DNA of 64,000 nucleotides from Eledone cirrhosa (taxonomy: Eukaryota): positions 234,546,001 through 234,610,000 of the forward strand of contig OZ024741.1 of assembly GCA_964016885.1 (NCBI GenBank). The letters are read 5' to 3'. Made by a program: the position numbers and the translations under genes. Shown here in pieces: positions 30,753 to 44,172 of the stretch (position 1 is the first letter of the stretch; every line of letters starts with the position of its first letter). The notes beneath the pieces are model-generated. The model saw nothing but the letters and a program-made list of their open reading frames with translations. It did no database searches and was not told the DNA's origin.

Positions 30753-31457
30753 TATTAGAATTGGCGCTCTGAAATAGCTATATATATATGAATGTATATA
30801 TAGTGTATTTTGCAATACCCTGTATGCTTTATTAAAAGCATTTCGATGACCTTATGCTATTGTTTTAGAGTAGTGACAGTCTCACCTGTTTACTGAAAAT
30901 CATGAATGTTTGATTCTTATAGAATTTCTAGTAATAATCAGGAACTGATTATACAGAGCGGTTGCCGGTCAAGCAGAAATTGAAAATTAGAATTGGCGCT
31001 CTGAAATAGCGATATATAGATGAATGTATATATAGTGCATTTTGCAATACCCTGTATGCTTTATTAAAAGCATTTCGAAGACCTTATGCTATTGTTTTAG
31101 AGTAGTGAGAGTAGTGACAGTCTCACTTACTTTAAAGTTTCAGCAAACAGGGGAGATAAAGCTGACATAGCTATGTTTCGTACTGATTGGTACTTATCAA
31201 AGCCACGTACTCCACCTGTTTGCTGAAAATCATGAATAATCAGGAACTGATTATACAGAGTGGTTGCCGGTCAAGCAGAAATTGAAAATTCGAAGTACCA
31301 ATCAGTACGAAACATAGCTCTGTCAGCTTTACCTCCCCTGTTTGCTGAAAATTTAAAGTAAGTGAGACTATCACTACTCTAAAACAATAGCATAAGGTCT
31401 TCGAAATGCTTTTAATAAAGCATACAGTGTATTGCAAAATACACTATATATACATTC

Positions 31458-31460
<3 letters not shown>
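30753..31460 (-). mobile_element. Retrozyme-like family E: tandem units (30753-30985 with internal deletion; 30986-31290) and an inverted partial unit (31293-31460)
   Basis: ATTAGAATTGGCGCTCTGAAATAGC at 30753 and 30987; non-coding; HHR in the complete unit. Confidence 0.7.
31160..31204 (-). ncRNA. Type I hammerhead ribozyme, family E, U3-A8 core variant
   Basis: Minus strand GGCT-TTGATAA-GTAC caatca GTAC-GAAAC-ATAGCTAT-GTC-AGCT; palindromic stem III ACATAGCTATGT; GUC triplet. Confidence 0.85.
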
Positions 31461-31490
<30 letters not shown>

Positions 31491-31556
31491 TGTATATACA
31501 TACATATGTATGTATATATATATATGTATATATATATATATGTAAATATATATATG

Positions 31557-31589
<33 letters not shown>

Positions 31590-31896
31590 GTATATATATA
31601 TGTATATATATATATGTATATATATGTATATATGTATATATATGTATATATATATATATATGTGTAGCGGCCCCTTATGGCTGTGACTCAGCACGTATAG
31701 GAGTTACGTCCTTTTGCGACGGGCGCGACTCCCAGCGGCAGATTCATGTACTAAACGGAGTATATGTATATATATGTATATGTATATATATGTATATATA
31801 TATTTATATATATGTATATATATATATGTATATATATATATACATATATATATGTATATATATATATACATATATATATGTATATATATATATATG

Positions 31897-31927
<31 letters not shown>

Positions 31928-31958
31928 GTATATATGTATATATATATATGTATATATG

Positions 31959-31994
<36 letters not shown>

Positions 31995-32082
31995 GATATA
32001 TATATGTATATATATATAGATATATATATGTATATATATATATAGATATATATATGTATATATATATATAGATATATATATG

Positions 32083-32117
<35 letters not shown>

Positions 32118-32146
32118 GTATACATATATATATACATATATATATG

Positions 32147-32178
<32 letters not shown>

Positions 32179-32192
32179 CACATATATATATG

Positions 32193-32242
<50 letters not shown>

Positions 32243-32252
32243 TATATATATG

Positions 32253-32342
<90 letters not shown>

Positions 32343-32647
32343 TATATACATATATATATGTATATATACATATATATATACATATATATATGTATATATA
32401 CATATACATATATATATATACATATATATATGTATATATATATATGTATATATATATGTATATATATATATACATATATATGTATATATATATATACATA
32501 TATATATATACATATATATGTATATATATATATACATATATATATATATACATATATATATATACATATATATGTATATATATATATACATATATATATC
32601 TATACATATATATATATATACATATATATATGTATATATATATATAC

Positions 32648-32678
<31 letters not shown>

Positions 32679-32843
32679 CATATATATATGTATATATATA
32701 TACATATACATATATATATACATATATATATATATACATATATATATATATCCATATATATATGTATATATATATATATATAATATACATATACATATAT
32801 ATATACATATATATATATATATGTATATATATATGTATATATA
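31460..32843. repeat. Interrupted (TA)n tract containing a Gypsy LTR 5' fragment (31663-31762, plus)
   Basis: TGTAGCGGCCCCTTATGGCTGTGACTCAGC...CTAAACGGAG inside the TA repeat. Confidence 0.92.
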
Positions 32844-34073
32844 CAGGGAACGGACGATATTTGTTCGAAGATTACTGTCTAGATAAAAATAACACAGTAG
32901 TTTTATTTTTTAAGATATATTTATCAAACTTGGGTCAGTTTGTCTTCATGACTTGTTCTTTCGATCTCACTCGATAAACCCGCCATTGGCTTTGATGACG
33001 GCGTCAAGACAGCCTTGGAACCGGCTACAGGCCTTCGTCACTATCCCCCGACTTAGGCCCCTAAAGGCACTTGTGATCCTGGCCTTCAGATCGTCTTTCA
33101 TATTGCAGCTAGATCTGTTGGTGTCTCATTCCACTGCACCCCACACAAAGAAGTTGAGGGGGTTTGCAGACAGGCAATCTGGGAAGCCAGATGTCAGGTG
33201 AAGTGTGGTCGACAAAGTTCTCTGACAGCCGGGCTTGGGTCTTTCGGCTGGTATGGCAGGACCCTGAGTCTTGCTTCCACACGTACGGCCTACCTGCAGC
33301 TACCTGGTCGATCCAGGACTTTACTACCTCGCTCAGAACGCGGATGTAACCATCGGTGTTCAGCTTGAGGCCTTCAGGGAAGAAGTGAGGTGGCATGACA
33401 TTTCCTTGACTGCTGACGACATCTTTGGATGAGACAGCGAGCCACCTGTTGCTCTGGCAGTTGATCATCTGGTCTTGGCAGAAGTTTTTCTCGTCGGAGA
33501 AAAACCACAGCATGTCTGGCTCCAGTGGGTTATTCAACTTGTTGATCAGCTTCTTTGCGTCCTTCAGTCGCTTTTCTTGCATCACCTTTGACAGAATTGT
33601 CCTTTCCTCATCTTGTATGAAACGTAGCGAATGTCTTCATGTACCACCAGCCTAATGAGCTTTTCATCCACGTCTTTCTCCCTTGCAATGGCACGCATCG
33701 ACTTGCTAGGTTCATTGTTGATGATATCCTGAACTTCAGTAACGAATTCGGGCGTTCTGAAGGCGTCAGATCGTCGATCATGTGTTTTCCTCTCTGATGT
33801 GGCTTCGTAGTCGAATCCTGAATCTTCCAATTCCTTTCTGACCTTTTCCACCATTCCCCTGCTGACGCTGAGAAAGTCTGAAATTTCCTTATTTGTCCTC
33901 CAGGCGCGGATTCCAAATTTGGAGGTTCAAAATTATTCATAATCAATTATTTTGAAAATAAATAATGGAAATATAGTCACAGTTTTTATGAAGACAAGAG
34001 TGACAACGGAAGTAAAAAAAATTTGCATAAAATTAGCAGTTGAAAATTGCGAACAAATATTGTCCACACCCTG
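32844..34073 (-). mobile_element. Tc1/mariner DNA transposon (maT/DD37D-like), decayed transposase
   Basis: TIRs CAGGGAACGGACGATATTTGTTCG / CGAACAAATATTGTCCACACCCTG, flanked by TA; WFFSDEKNF, VWKQDSGSCHTS, HTH region SMRAIAREKDVDEKLIR. Confidence 0.9.
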
Positions 34074-34081
34074 TATATATG

Positions 34082-34113
<32 letters not shown>

Positions 34114-34290
34114 AGAAGAGAAATAGGACGAAGGTAAACAATTCGTCCTATTTCTCTTCTTTGATTACACTCCTCGTTTGTTCGTGTTTCCACTACAGAA
34201 TCCCTACCAACCTGTCGAGTCACCTTAACGTATGTTGAGAACTTTCCTCACAACTTGTTCTACCAAGCTTTGGAATACTCCTAATAACTG

Positions 34291-34344
<54 letters not shown>

Positions 34345-34348
34345 GTAT

Positions 34349-35288
34349 ATAGGGCACCGGTCCCATCTGGGAAATGGCCATGCTTAGTGTGTAGGAAAGG
34401 AGTAGGTAGAAACTCCATTTTATGTCCCAAATGCAAAGTATGGGTGCATAAAAGATGTAGTGGAATCACAGGTAAGCTAACTAAGAATATAGATTTTATA
34501 TGTGGCCGGTGCTCTGGTTACAATAAGTAGCAGCAAGTGCCCACAGAATACTAGCTCATTCCATTGCACAGATGGTTCTATAGAAATAGTGGACAGCTTC
34601 CGTTACCTGGGTGACAAAATCAGCAGTGGGGGAGGGTGCTCTGAAAGTACAGTAGCTAGAGTCAGAACGGGATGGAAAAAGTTCCGAGAGCTTATACCAC
34701 TATTAGCCGCTAAAGGGTTCTCTCTAAAAATGAAAGGCAGGCTGTATGATACCTGCATACGAACAGCAATGTTACATGGCAGTGAGACCTGGGCATTGTG
34801 TGCAGAGGATATACGCAAACGAAGCTCGCATGCTCTGCTGGATGTGTAATAGTAATATACGTGAACGGCAAAGCATAAACGAACTAAGGGATAAATTAGG
34901 AATAAGAGGGATCAGATGTTGTTTACTCGAGAGAAGACTACGTTGGTACGGTCACGTGATACGCATGAAAGATGACAGCTGTATAAAAAAGTGCAGAGCG
35001 ATAAAAATAGACGGTAGCCACGGACTAAGCAGACCCAGAAAAACCTGGGACGACTTGATAAATTCCGATCTCACACACTTACACCTCTCCAAGACAATGT
35101 CACTGGACCGAGATCTTTGGCGCTACACAGTTATACAGAAGACCCGCATTGCCTAAGTACAAAGCGAAACCTACAGTCAGTAGGCACCTCTAACAAAATA
35201 CACCCCCGTCCCACTACCCCCACCCCATCCACACCACCCCCTTAAATGTGAAATTATGTTGGTGCCACAACATCCAGTCCGAAACAAA
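34349..35288 (+). mobile_element. RTE LINE fragment
   Basis: [34 protein letters not shown]. Confidence 0.9.
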
Positions 35289-35339
35289 AAGTCTACTGTC
35301 CCACCATACCATGAATAAGTTAGCTATGTCGCCTAGACA

Positions 35340-37260
35340 CTTATGACCTTAGCAACCTGTGCCCTACAAGACCAGCAAGAGGCAGACCACCTACCATTAC
35401 CTCAATGGCCAAGAAAACCCACACAGATAGATGGAACGGGTGGACCAGAGCCATACGGACACCCGAAAACCACGATGAACTGAAGAAAATGATTGCACAT
35501 GCGGTAGGGGCCAGCATAAAATTAACCCTTAAGGAACATATGTTCAAATTTAATGGAAAAACATATGCCCAAGAGGAAGGAGCAGCCATTGGTGTTAGCA
35601 TTGCAGGCGACATAGCTAACTTATTCATGGTATGGTGGGACAGTAGACTTAAACTTAAACTTAAAGAACAATTAGAAGACAGCTTAACCCTGATAATGTA
35701 CTCCCGCTACGTAGATGATATAAACATCATAGTTAAGACACCCCCACTAGAGAACAGTCAGGAACTAGAGAAAAACACAATGGAAAGCATCCAGCAAATA
35801 GCAAACTCCATCCACCAGAGCATTAGAGTTACTATAGACTACCCAAGTAGACACCCCAACCATCGATTACCTGTACTAGACACAGAGCTCTGGTTAGATA
35901 CCATTAACAACCAAAAACAAATCCTCCATTCCCATTATGCCAAACCCATGACTTCCAAACATCTGATCCACCGAAACTCGGCCATTTCGGACCATACCAA
36001 AATCAACATACTGATTACGGATTTGGTACGGGTGATGAGAAATGTGTCCCGCATGTGCAACCCCGAAGAACTAGAGAGACACATACAACACTTCATCCAC
36101 CGTATGCAGTTCTCTGGCTACAATCAGAGAGATAGAATCAGAGTGTATAGAGGAGCCAGAACCAAATGGGAAAAAATGGTAAATAATGACATAAATGGGA
36201 CCTGCCCCTTGTATAGGAGCAAATTTTGGAATAGAATAGAAAGAACTAGGAACAAGGCCAATAGAATAAACTCATGGTAGGATAGCAATAAATACCAGAG
36301 TGTAATGTTCATCAATACAACCCCTAGAGGCGAACTAGCCTACAAATTTAGAAGGGCCCTAAATAAACATAAACTCAATATTAAGATAGTAGAAAGACCA
36401 GGTACCTCCGTAAAAACACTTATTAGCAAGACATACCCGTTCCAAAGACCCTCATGTATAGATAAGAAATGTATAACCTGTAAAATAAGCCCCCATATTA
36501 ACTGTAAAACTAGAAATGTAGTGTATAGCATAAGATGTACTGAAGGACAATGTAGAAACAAAAATATAGTGTACATAGGTGAGACAGCTCGTAGTATAGG
36601 GGAACGGATAAATGAACACTGGCGAGACCTTCAAGATAATAAAGAATCATCTGTACTCTACCAACATGCTAAGATAGAACACAAGGGTAAATTTAGAGAA
36701 CATAGAAATAAAACTAGAATCCACACACAGAAAAGATGCAATGTTTAGGCAAATTACAGAGGCAGTAAGCATAAAAGAATTACAACCAAAATTAAATAGA
36801 AAATATGAGTGGAACAGCAACATCACAACTTACAATTAAGGACAAAATGAAAACACACACACACATAGAACAAACAACCAACCAACAACATGTAAATAAA
36901 TAAACAAATAGATAAATGAACACAAACACACACAGACACCCGGATGTGGCGCATGCGCAAACTGAGCACACAACACACACACAGAAACAAAATGGCGTAG
37001 GACAGAAGAAAGGAAAGGCACAGAAACAAAGAAAGGAATCCCCAGTCACTGAAGAGGTCACAGAGTGTGTGACGAAAGGACTATGACTATATATAAACAA
37101 CTATCTGGTTGTGGAACCAACCAACCAACCAGAAATTTATAAGTTTGTAGATTTGTAAATTTATAAATTTATAAATATATAATAAATTGAAGTGAAAGCA
37201 ACTGGTGCGTGTGTTTCTTATTGGCAACATGACCCTCCCAAAGTATAACAATATCGGTTT
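35340..37260 (+). mobile_element. 5'-truncated Penelope-like element (RT + GIY-YIG) with a 3' pseudo-LTR
   Basis: YAQEEGAAIG, YSRYVDD, LPVLD, HYAKP; in-frame TAG at 36278 then CIDKKCITC...NVVYSIRC...VYIGETARSIGERINEH. Confidence 0.92.
37044..37088 (+). ncRNA. Minimal type I hammerhead ribozyme, family C, in a Penelope pseudo-LTR
   Basis: AGTCA-CTGAAGA-G-GTCACA gagtg TGTGAC-GAAA-GGAC-TA-TGACT, co-oriented with the RT ORF. Confidence 0.75.
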
Positions 37261-37475
37261 CAACACACCATTTCAGATAAAGAATCTTGCTAAACAAATT
37301 CAGAAACGAAATATATATATATGTATATATCTATACATATATATATATATATATATATACATAAGTATTACGTGAGTCAAGTTTGAAAACAGTCGGTTGG
37401 GTGGTTCTCGACTTTTAGGGATTCAAACTCACACACACACAGACAGACATCCTCAGTTTTATATATAATGATATG

Positions 37476-37518
<43 letters not shown>

Positions 37519-37812
37519 GTATATATATACATATGTATATATATATATGTTTATATATATATTTGTATATATATATATGTATATGTATATATATATGTGT
37601 ATATATATATATGTATATATATATGTATATACGTATATATATATATATATGTGTATGTATATATGTGTATGTATATATATATATATGTGTATGTATATAT
37701 ATATATATGTATATATATATATGTAATACATATATATATATATATATGTGTATGTATATATATATGTGTATGTATATATATGTGTACGTATGTATATATA
37801 TATGTATATATA

Positions 37813-37855
<43 letters not shown>

Positions 37856-37861
37856 GTATAT

Positions 37862-38132
37862 GGAGGCACATGGCTTAGTGGTTAGAGCATTGGTTAGTTC
37901 AATTCTCAGACCGGGTGATGTGTTGTTTCCTAGAGCAAGACACTTTATTTCACATTGCTCCAGTTTACTCAGCTGTAGAAATGAGATGATAGGGACTGGG
38001 GTCCATATCATTCCACTGTAAAGTGGACGTGTAGGTGCCACGGCAAAAATAAAGCCAGAATCAGTTCCCGTCCCACCCTTGCAAGCAGAGAAAAGCGGAC
38101 GTAAAATGAAATGATGATGAAATGATGATGAT
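37862..38132 (+). mobile_element. tRNA-derived CORE-like SINE with an RTE-derived 3' tail; related copy at 46377-46620
   Basis: TGGCTTAGTGG A box, AGTTCAATTC B box, GAGCAAGACACTTTATTTCAC; tail CTTGCAAGCAG.GAAAAGCGGACGTAAAATGA matches the RTE 3' end at about 60735-60775. Confidence 0.8.
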
Positions 38133-38551
38133 GTATATATATATATATGTGTATATATGTGTATATATGTATATATATATATATGTGTGTATATATATAT
38201 ATGTGTATATATGTATATATATATATATGTGTTTATATATATGTGTATATACATATATATATATGTGTATATATAAATGTATATATATATATGTGTATAT
38301 ATATATATATGTGTATATATATATGCATATATATATATATGTGTGTATATATATGCATATATATATGTGTGTATATATATATGTATATATATATATATAT
38401 ATATACGTATATATATACACACATATATATGCATATATATATACATATATATATATATACACATATATATATATGTATATATATATAATGTATATATATA
38501 TATGTATATATATATATGTATATATATAGGTATATATATTTGTATATATAT

Positions 38552-38591
<40 letters not shown>

Positions 38592-38928
38592 ATATATATA
38601 TATATATGTAAATATATATATATATAGGTATATATATATATGTAAATATATATATAAATAAATATATATATATGTGTATATATATATATATCTATGTTAA
38701 TATATATATGTATATATATGTGTATATATATATAAATATATATATATGTATATATGTATATATATATATATATATGTAAATATATATATATGTGTATATA
38801 TGTATATATATGTATATATATGTGTATATATATATAAATATATATATATGTATATATATAGGTATATATATATATGTAAATATATATATATATGTGTATA
38901 TATGTATATATATGTATATATATGTATA

Positions 38929-39469
38929 TTGAGGCAATCCAGTGAAGCTACACGTAGAGGATTGCTATGATTAAGAAGATAAGCTACTGGGAGAGGCTAA
39001 AGGAACTTAACCTCTACTCCTTGGAACGAAGAAGTGAGAGATACGCAGTGAGCTATATGTGGAAAATCCTGGAGGGACTAGCATCATTTTTTGGCATTGG
39101 GAGCGGGACCAACCGTCGAACAGGACGTCACTGTGTGGTACCAAAGTTCCCTTCTTCCACATCTAGAATAAGGAGCAGATATTGCAATAGCCTGGGGTTC
39201 AAGAGCCCTCAACCCTTCAACAAGCTGCCGAGGGTTCTGAGAGATCTGCATGGTGTGGAGGGGGATGACTTCAAGAAACATCTCGACACCTTGCTATCCA
39301 GGATTCCAGTGGAGCCCACAGCAAGACACGAGGGAAACCTAAGGGCAGCAGCAACAAACTCCCTCTTGCACCAGTGGCCAACCAATACAGGCTGGAGATA
39401 AAATGTGTAGCAACAAGGGCAGTGCCCCAGCATGGCCTCAGCTGGAACAGGTAAAAGAGTATAAAAGAG

Positions 39470-39470
<1 letters not shown>
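38929..39470 (+). mobile_element. CR1-group LINE 3' fragment
   Basis: [33 protein letters not shown]; GTAAAAGA tail. Confidence 0.8.
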
Positions 39471-39516
<46 letters not shown>

Positions 39517-39517
39517 G

Positions 39518-39549
<32 letters not shown>

Positions 39550-39559
39550 TATGTATATG

Positions 39560-39604
<45 letters not shown>

Positions 39605-39944
39605 GTATATATATATATATATGTGTATATGTGTATATATAAATGTGTATATATATATATATGTATATATATTAATATATATATGTATATATATATATGT
39701 ATATATACATATATATATTTATATATATATATACATATTTATATATACATATATGTATATATATATATATGTATATATACATATATATATTTACATATAT
39801 ATATATATATATATATACATATTTATATATACATATAGGTATATAAATATATATATATCGATATGCAAATTAGGCTGCTCAGCTGTTAATATGCATAAGG
39901 GAAGTATATACTTTCAAACGTTCAATCATCTGACAGGAAGGTAT

Positions 39945-39987
39945 ACGATGCTGACGATAGCTAATAAGCTTGAAACTAGTTCATTGT
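39945..39987 (+). ncRNA. Minimal type I hammerhead ribozyme, family B (GUU triplet)
   Basis: ACGATG-CTGACGA-TAGCTAATAAGCTT-GAAAC-TA-GTT-CATTGT within a partial unit at 39858-40050. Confidence 0.75.
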
Positions 39988-40129
39988 TCCTTTGTCAGTG
40001 TTGAACAAAAGAGCAACGATGGTTGCCGAACACTGTACAGCTTAATTCAGGCTATTTTGTCGGCTGGCGTTAAAAAAAAAAAAAAAAATTAAGTCGTTTT
40101 TAGCCATCGGGCATTAACACTGGCTTATG

Positions 40130-41318
40130 TTATTTGAAAGTTGCAAAGTTTTTGTGCATGCCGTTCTGGCAGTGTTCAGAGAGTTTGTTCAGTAGCGGGC
40201 TCTTGGCGAATAAAATTTCGTAGCTCTCTGAGATATAAAGGTCGCAGCATTTGTGTCCTTCGTTGTATGAGCGCGCCTCCTGGAGTATTTTCCATTTAAG
40301 CATAAAGGGGGTGGAGTTCCTTTTGAGGTCCCAAACATAGGAGGCGAGTGTTGTCTGGTTTGATTTGTCCGGTCTTCTGAAGGTGTGGGTATGGGCATAC
40401 CACCGGGTCTTAAAGTTATTGGAAGTCATGCCGATGTAAGTCTTTTTGTTGTTGCAATCATCGGTGCCTAAGATGACATCGCATTTGTATACGATATCAT
40501 TTGTCAGGCATTTGTTTTCAAGTGGGCAGGCTTCCTTATTTAGGCAATTACACAAGGGGATTGGGTTCGGAGGTGGTTGGCTTATTTAATTTTTTAGAAT
40601 TGTGATTGGCTATATTCCTAGCTATAGGTGTAGAGACCTCTCTATTGAATGGAGGGTTGTACCAGCTAATCTGCCTATTTCTCCTATGCAGTCTTGCGGT
40701 GGTTTCTAGGTAGGTTATCTTTTCTTTAAATCCGCTGCGGGCAAGGGCGTCATTGTAGTAGGAGGCAGAGGCGTTAAAAATATCTGCGTTGGCAGAGAGG
40801 CCAGAGATTCTAATAGAGACGCTTTTTACTAAGTTATCAGTGATGTTTTTGGGGTGGTTTGAATTAACATTAATATATCTAAGGGACTCGTTAGGTTTGT
40901 GGTACGGGTAATAGAAGGAAGTATCTAGATCGAGAGTGACATCTAAGAAGTTGGCCCTAGTCATATTAGATTCTATAGTTATACTAAATCTTAGATTAGA
41001 GAAGAACGAGCTTAAGTTTCTCCGAAACCCATCGGTGGTTCTAGGGTTAACCTTGTGCAGGGCGAAGAGGCCGTCGTCTCGGTATAAACCTCCGGTTAGG
41101 GCAGTAAAGAGGTTCTTCGGGTGATATAAAATGTACAGGCCTACAAGGTTGCTAATTTCAGCCGAGTCACTCGCTCCCATGCTGACATCAAATGGGGTCT
41201 GAGACTTCTTGTTGATCCAGTAAGATCCATCATAGTATAGAAAGGTCTTACGGGCATGGAGAATAACATCTTGCTCAGCATCGGTTATGGTGGTAAAATT
41301 CCTGGCAAAGGTAATTGT
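40130..41318 (-). mobile_element. Penelope-like element fragment (RT + GIY-YIG), possibly Nematis-like
   Basis: FDVSMGASDSAEISNLVGLYIL, GLYRDDGL, NFLDVTLDL, WYNPPF; CNCLNKEACPLENKCL...VYKC...YIGMTSNNFKTRW. Confidence 0.92.
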
Positions 41319-41319
41319 G

Positions 41320-41382
<63 letters not shown>

Positions 41383-41815
41383 GTGAGTGTGTGTATGTGA
41401 ATGTCTCTGTTGACACCTGGAATATAGCTTAAGAGAAATATGACAATAATGATAGGCACCCAATATTCTGAACTGGTTTCTCTTGGCTTTTGTCACTCTA
41501 AGTAGAGCTTTAAAGAATTAGCTTTTAAAGAATTTCCCTTTTCTTTAAATCCATCAACCATGACCGATCCCCAACCATCTTATAGACACCTGAAATATAG
41601 GCATTGTTAGCTTAAGAAAAACTTAAAAATAAGGAGTGGCACCCCAACTTGAAATTGTTTATAGAATTCTTTCTAAATTTAAATTATAGCCTTAAAGAAT
41701 TAGCTTTTAATGAATTCCCTTTTCTTTCAACCAATGACCTCCACCCATCCCACTCCCCACCCTCTCCTACCACCTGAAAATATATAAATACCACAACATT
41801 TATTTTGGGAAAGCC

Positions 41816-41866
41816 AGATTCCTGATGATTTCTAAAGAATGAAACAGTTCTAGTCCTGTAGAATCT
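41816..41866 (+). ncRNA. Type I hammerhead ribozyme, family A, complete
   Basis: AGATTC-CTGATGA-T TTC taaa GAA T-GAAA-CAG ttctagtc CTG-TA-GAATCT; 6-bp stem I; predicted cleavage after A41860. Confidence 0.88.
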
Positions 41867-41876
41867 CATCTATATT

Positions 41877-41987
<111 letters not shown>

Positions 41988-42067
41988 GAGATATGTATGT
42001 ATATATATATGTATATAAATATATGTATATATATATATATGTATATATATATATGTATATAATTATA

Positions 42068-42870
42068 TGTTTAGGGAACTACTACCACTGCTAGCTGCAA
42101 AAGGCTTCTCCCTCAGAATGAAAGGCAGACTGTATGATGCATGTATCCGAACAGCGATGTTGCATGGTAGTGAGACCTGGGCGCTGAAGGTGGAAGACTT
42201 ACGTAGATTAGAGAGAAACGAAGCCTGCATGCTCCGATGGATGTGTAACAGTAATATACGTGAACGACAAAGCATAAATGAATTGAGAGAGAGACTGAGC
42301 ATAAGAGGAATCAAATGCTGTGTGCAGGAGAGGCGGTTGCGCTGGTATGGACATGTGATGCATATGAAGGATGACAGCTGCATAAAAAGGTGCAGAGCAC
42401 TAGAAGTTGATGGAAACCGCGGAGTGGGGAGACCCAAGATGACCTGGGATGAGGTGATAAAAGCCGACCTTACCCAATTACACCTCTCAAAGACAATGAC
42501 ACACGACCATGACTTCTGGCGTCACGCAGTAATACAGAGTACCCGACCTCCCATGGGTACAAGCTGAAGCATATAGACAATATGCCCCCACACACCCCAC
42601 CGCAAGGTGGTGTGGAGGTGCCACGGCAAAAAAGCACCCAGCCCACACTGTAAAGTGGACGTGTAGGCGCCACGAAAAAGCACCCAGCACTCACTGTAAA
42701 TGAGGTTGGTGTTAGGAAGGGCATCCAGCTGTAGAAATCAAGCCAGATCAGTTCCTGTATGAGCAAGGCATGGTCAGCCGACCAGACACTGCAGACAACA
42801 GGACAACCCGTCTAACCCATGCTAGCGTGGAAGAACGGACGTAAAACGGTGATGATGATGATGATGATGA
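42068..42870 (+). mobile_element. RTE LINE 3' portion (second subfamily) with (GAT)n tail
   Basis: [41 protein letters not shown]. Confidence 0.92.
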
Positions 42871-43031
42871 TATATATATATGTATATATATATATATGTA
42901 TATATATGTACATATATATATGTATATATATATGGGTATATATATATATGTATATATATATATATAGGTATATATATATGTATATATATATGTATATGTA
43001 TATATATGTATATATATGTATATATATATAC

Positions 43032-43062
<31 letters not shown>

Positions 43063-43103
43063 CATATATATAAATAGATATATATATACCTATATATATA
43101 TAC

Positions 43104-43134
<31 letters not shown>

Positions 43135-43257
43135 CCTATATATATATACATATATATATATACATATATATATACATATATATATACATATATTTATACA
43201 AATATATATATATACATATATATATATATTCATATATATATACCTATATATATATAC

Positions 43258-43302
<45 letters not shown>

Positions 43303-43448
43303 TTTATATACATATATATATGTATACATATATATATATATGTATATTTATATATGTATATATATATATGTATATATGAGAATCTCATCTATATTATACA
43401 TGTATTTATAGAATCTCATCTATATTATACACATATTTATATATATGT

Positions 43449-44103
43449 ATCATCATCATCATCGTTTAACGTCCATCTTCCACGCTTGCAAGGGTTTGGA
43501 CGGGAGTTTTCCCACTTGAGGCAAGAGTGGTTGTCTTGCTTGCATAGGACTGTCTGGCGGGTTTTCTACGTCTGGATGCCCTTCCTAACACCAACCACAT
43601 TTACAGTGTGGACTGGGAGGTTTCTACCGTGTTACCTACACGGCTACATTACAGTGTGGACTGTGTGTTTTTTGGTCGTGACACCTACACAACCTCATTT
43701 GTTTCGGACTGGATGTTGTGGTACCAACATAACTTTACATTGAAAGGGGTGATGTGGATGCGGTGGGGGTAGTGGGACGGGGGTGTATTTTTGTTAGAGG
43801 TACCTACTGACTGTAGTAGGTTTCACTTTGTACTTAGGTAAGGCGGGTCGTCTGTATTACTGTATAGCGCCAAAGATCTCGGTCCAGTGACATTGTCTTG
43901 GAGAGGTGTAAATGTGTGAGGTCGGAATTTATCAAATCGTCCCAGGTTTTTCTGGGTCTGCCTAGTACGTGGCTACCGTCAATTTTTATCGCCGTCCACT
44001 TTTTTATACAGCTGTCATCTATCATGCGCATCACGTGACCGTACCAACGTAGCCTTCTCTTGAGTAAACAACATCTGATCCCTCTTATTTCTAATTTTTC
44101 CCT
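43449..44103 (-). mobile_element. RTE LINE 3' portion
   Basis: [15 protein letters not shown]; (CAT)n edge; matches 28381-29040. Confidence 0.9.
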
Positions 44104-44172
44104 TGTATATATTTTTCCCTATGTATATATATATGTGTGTGTATATATATATATATAGATATGTATGTATAT

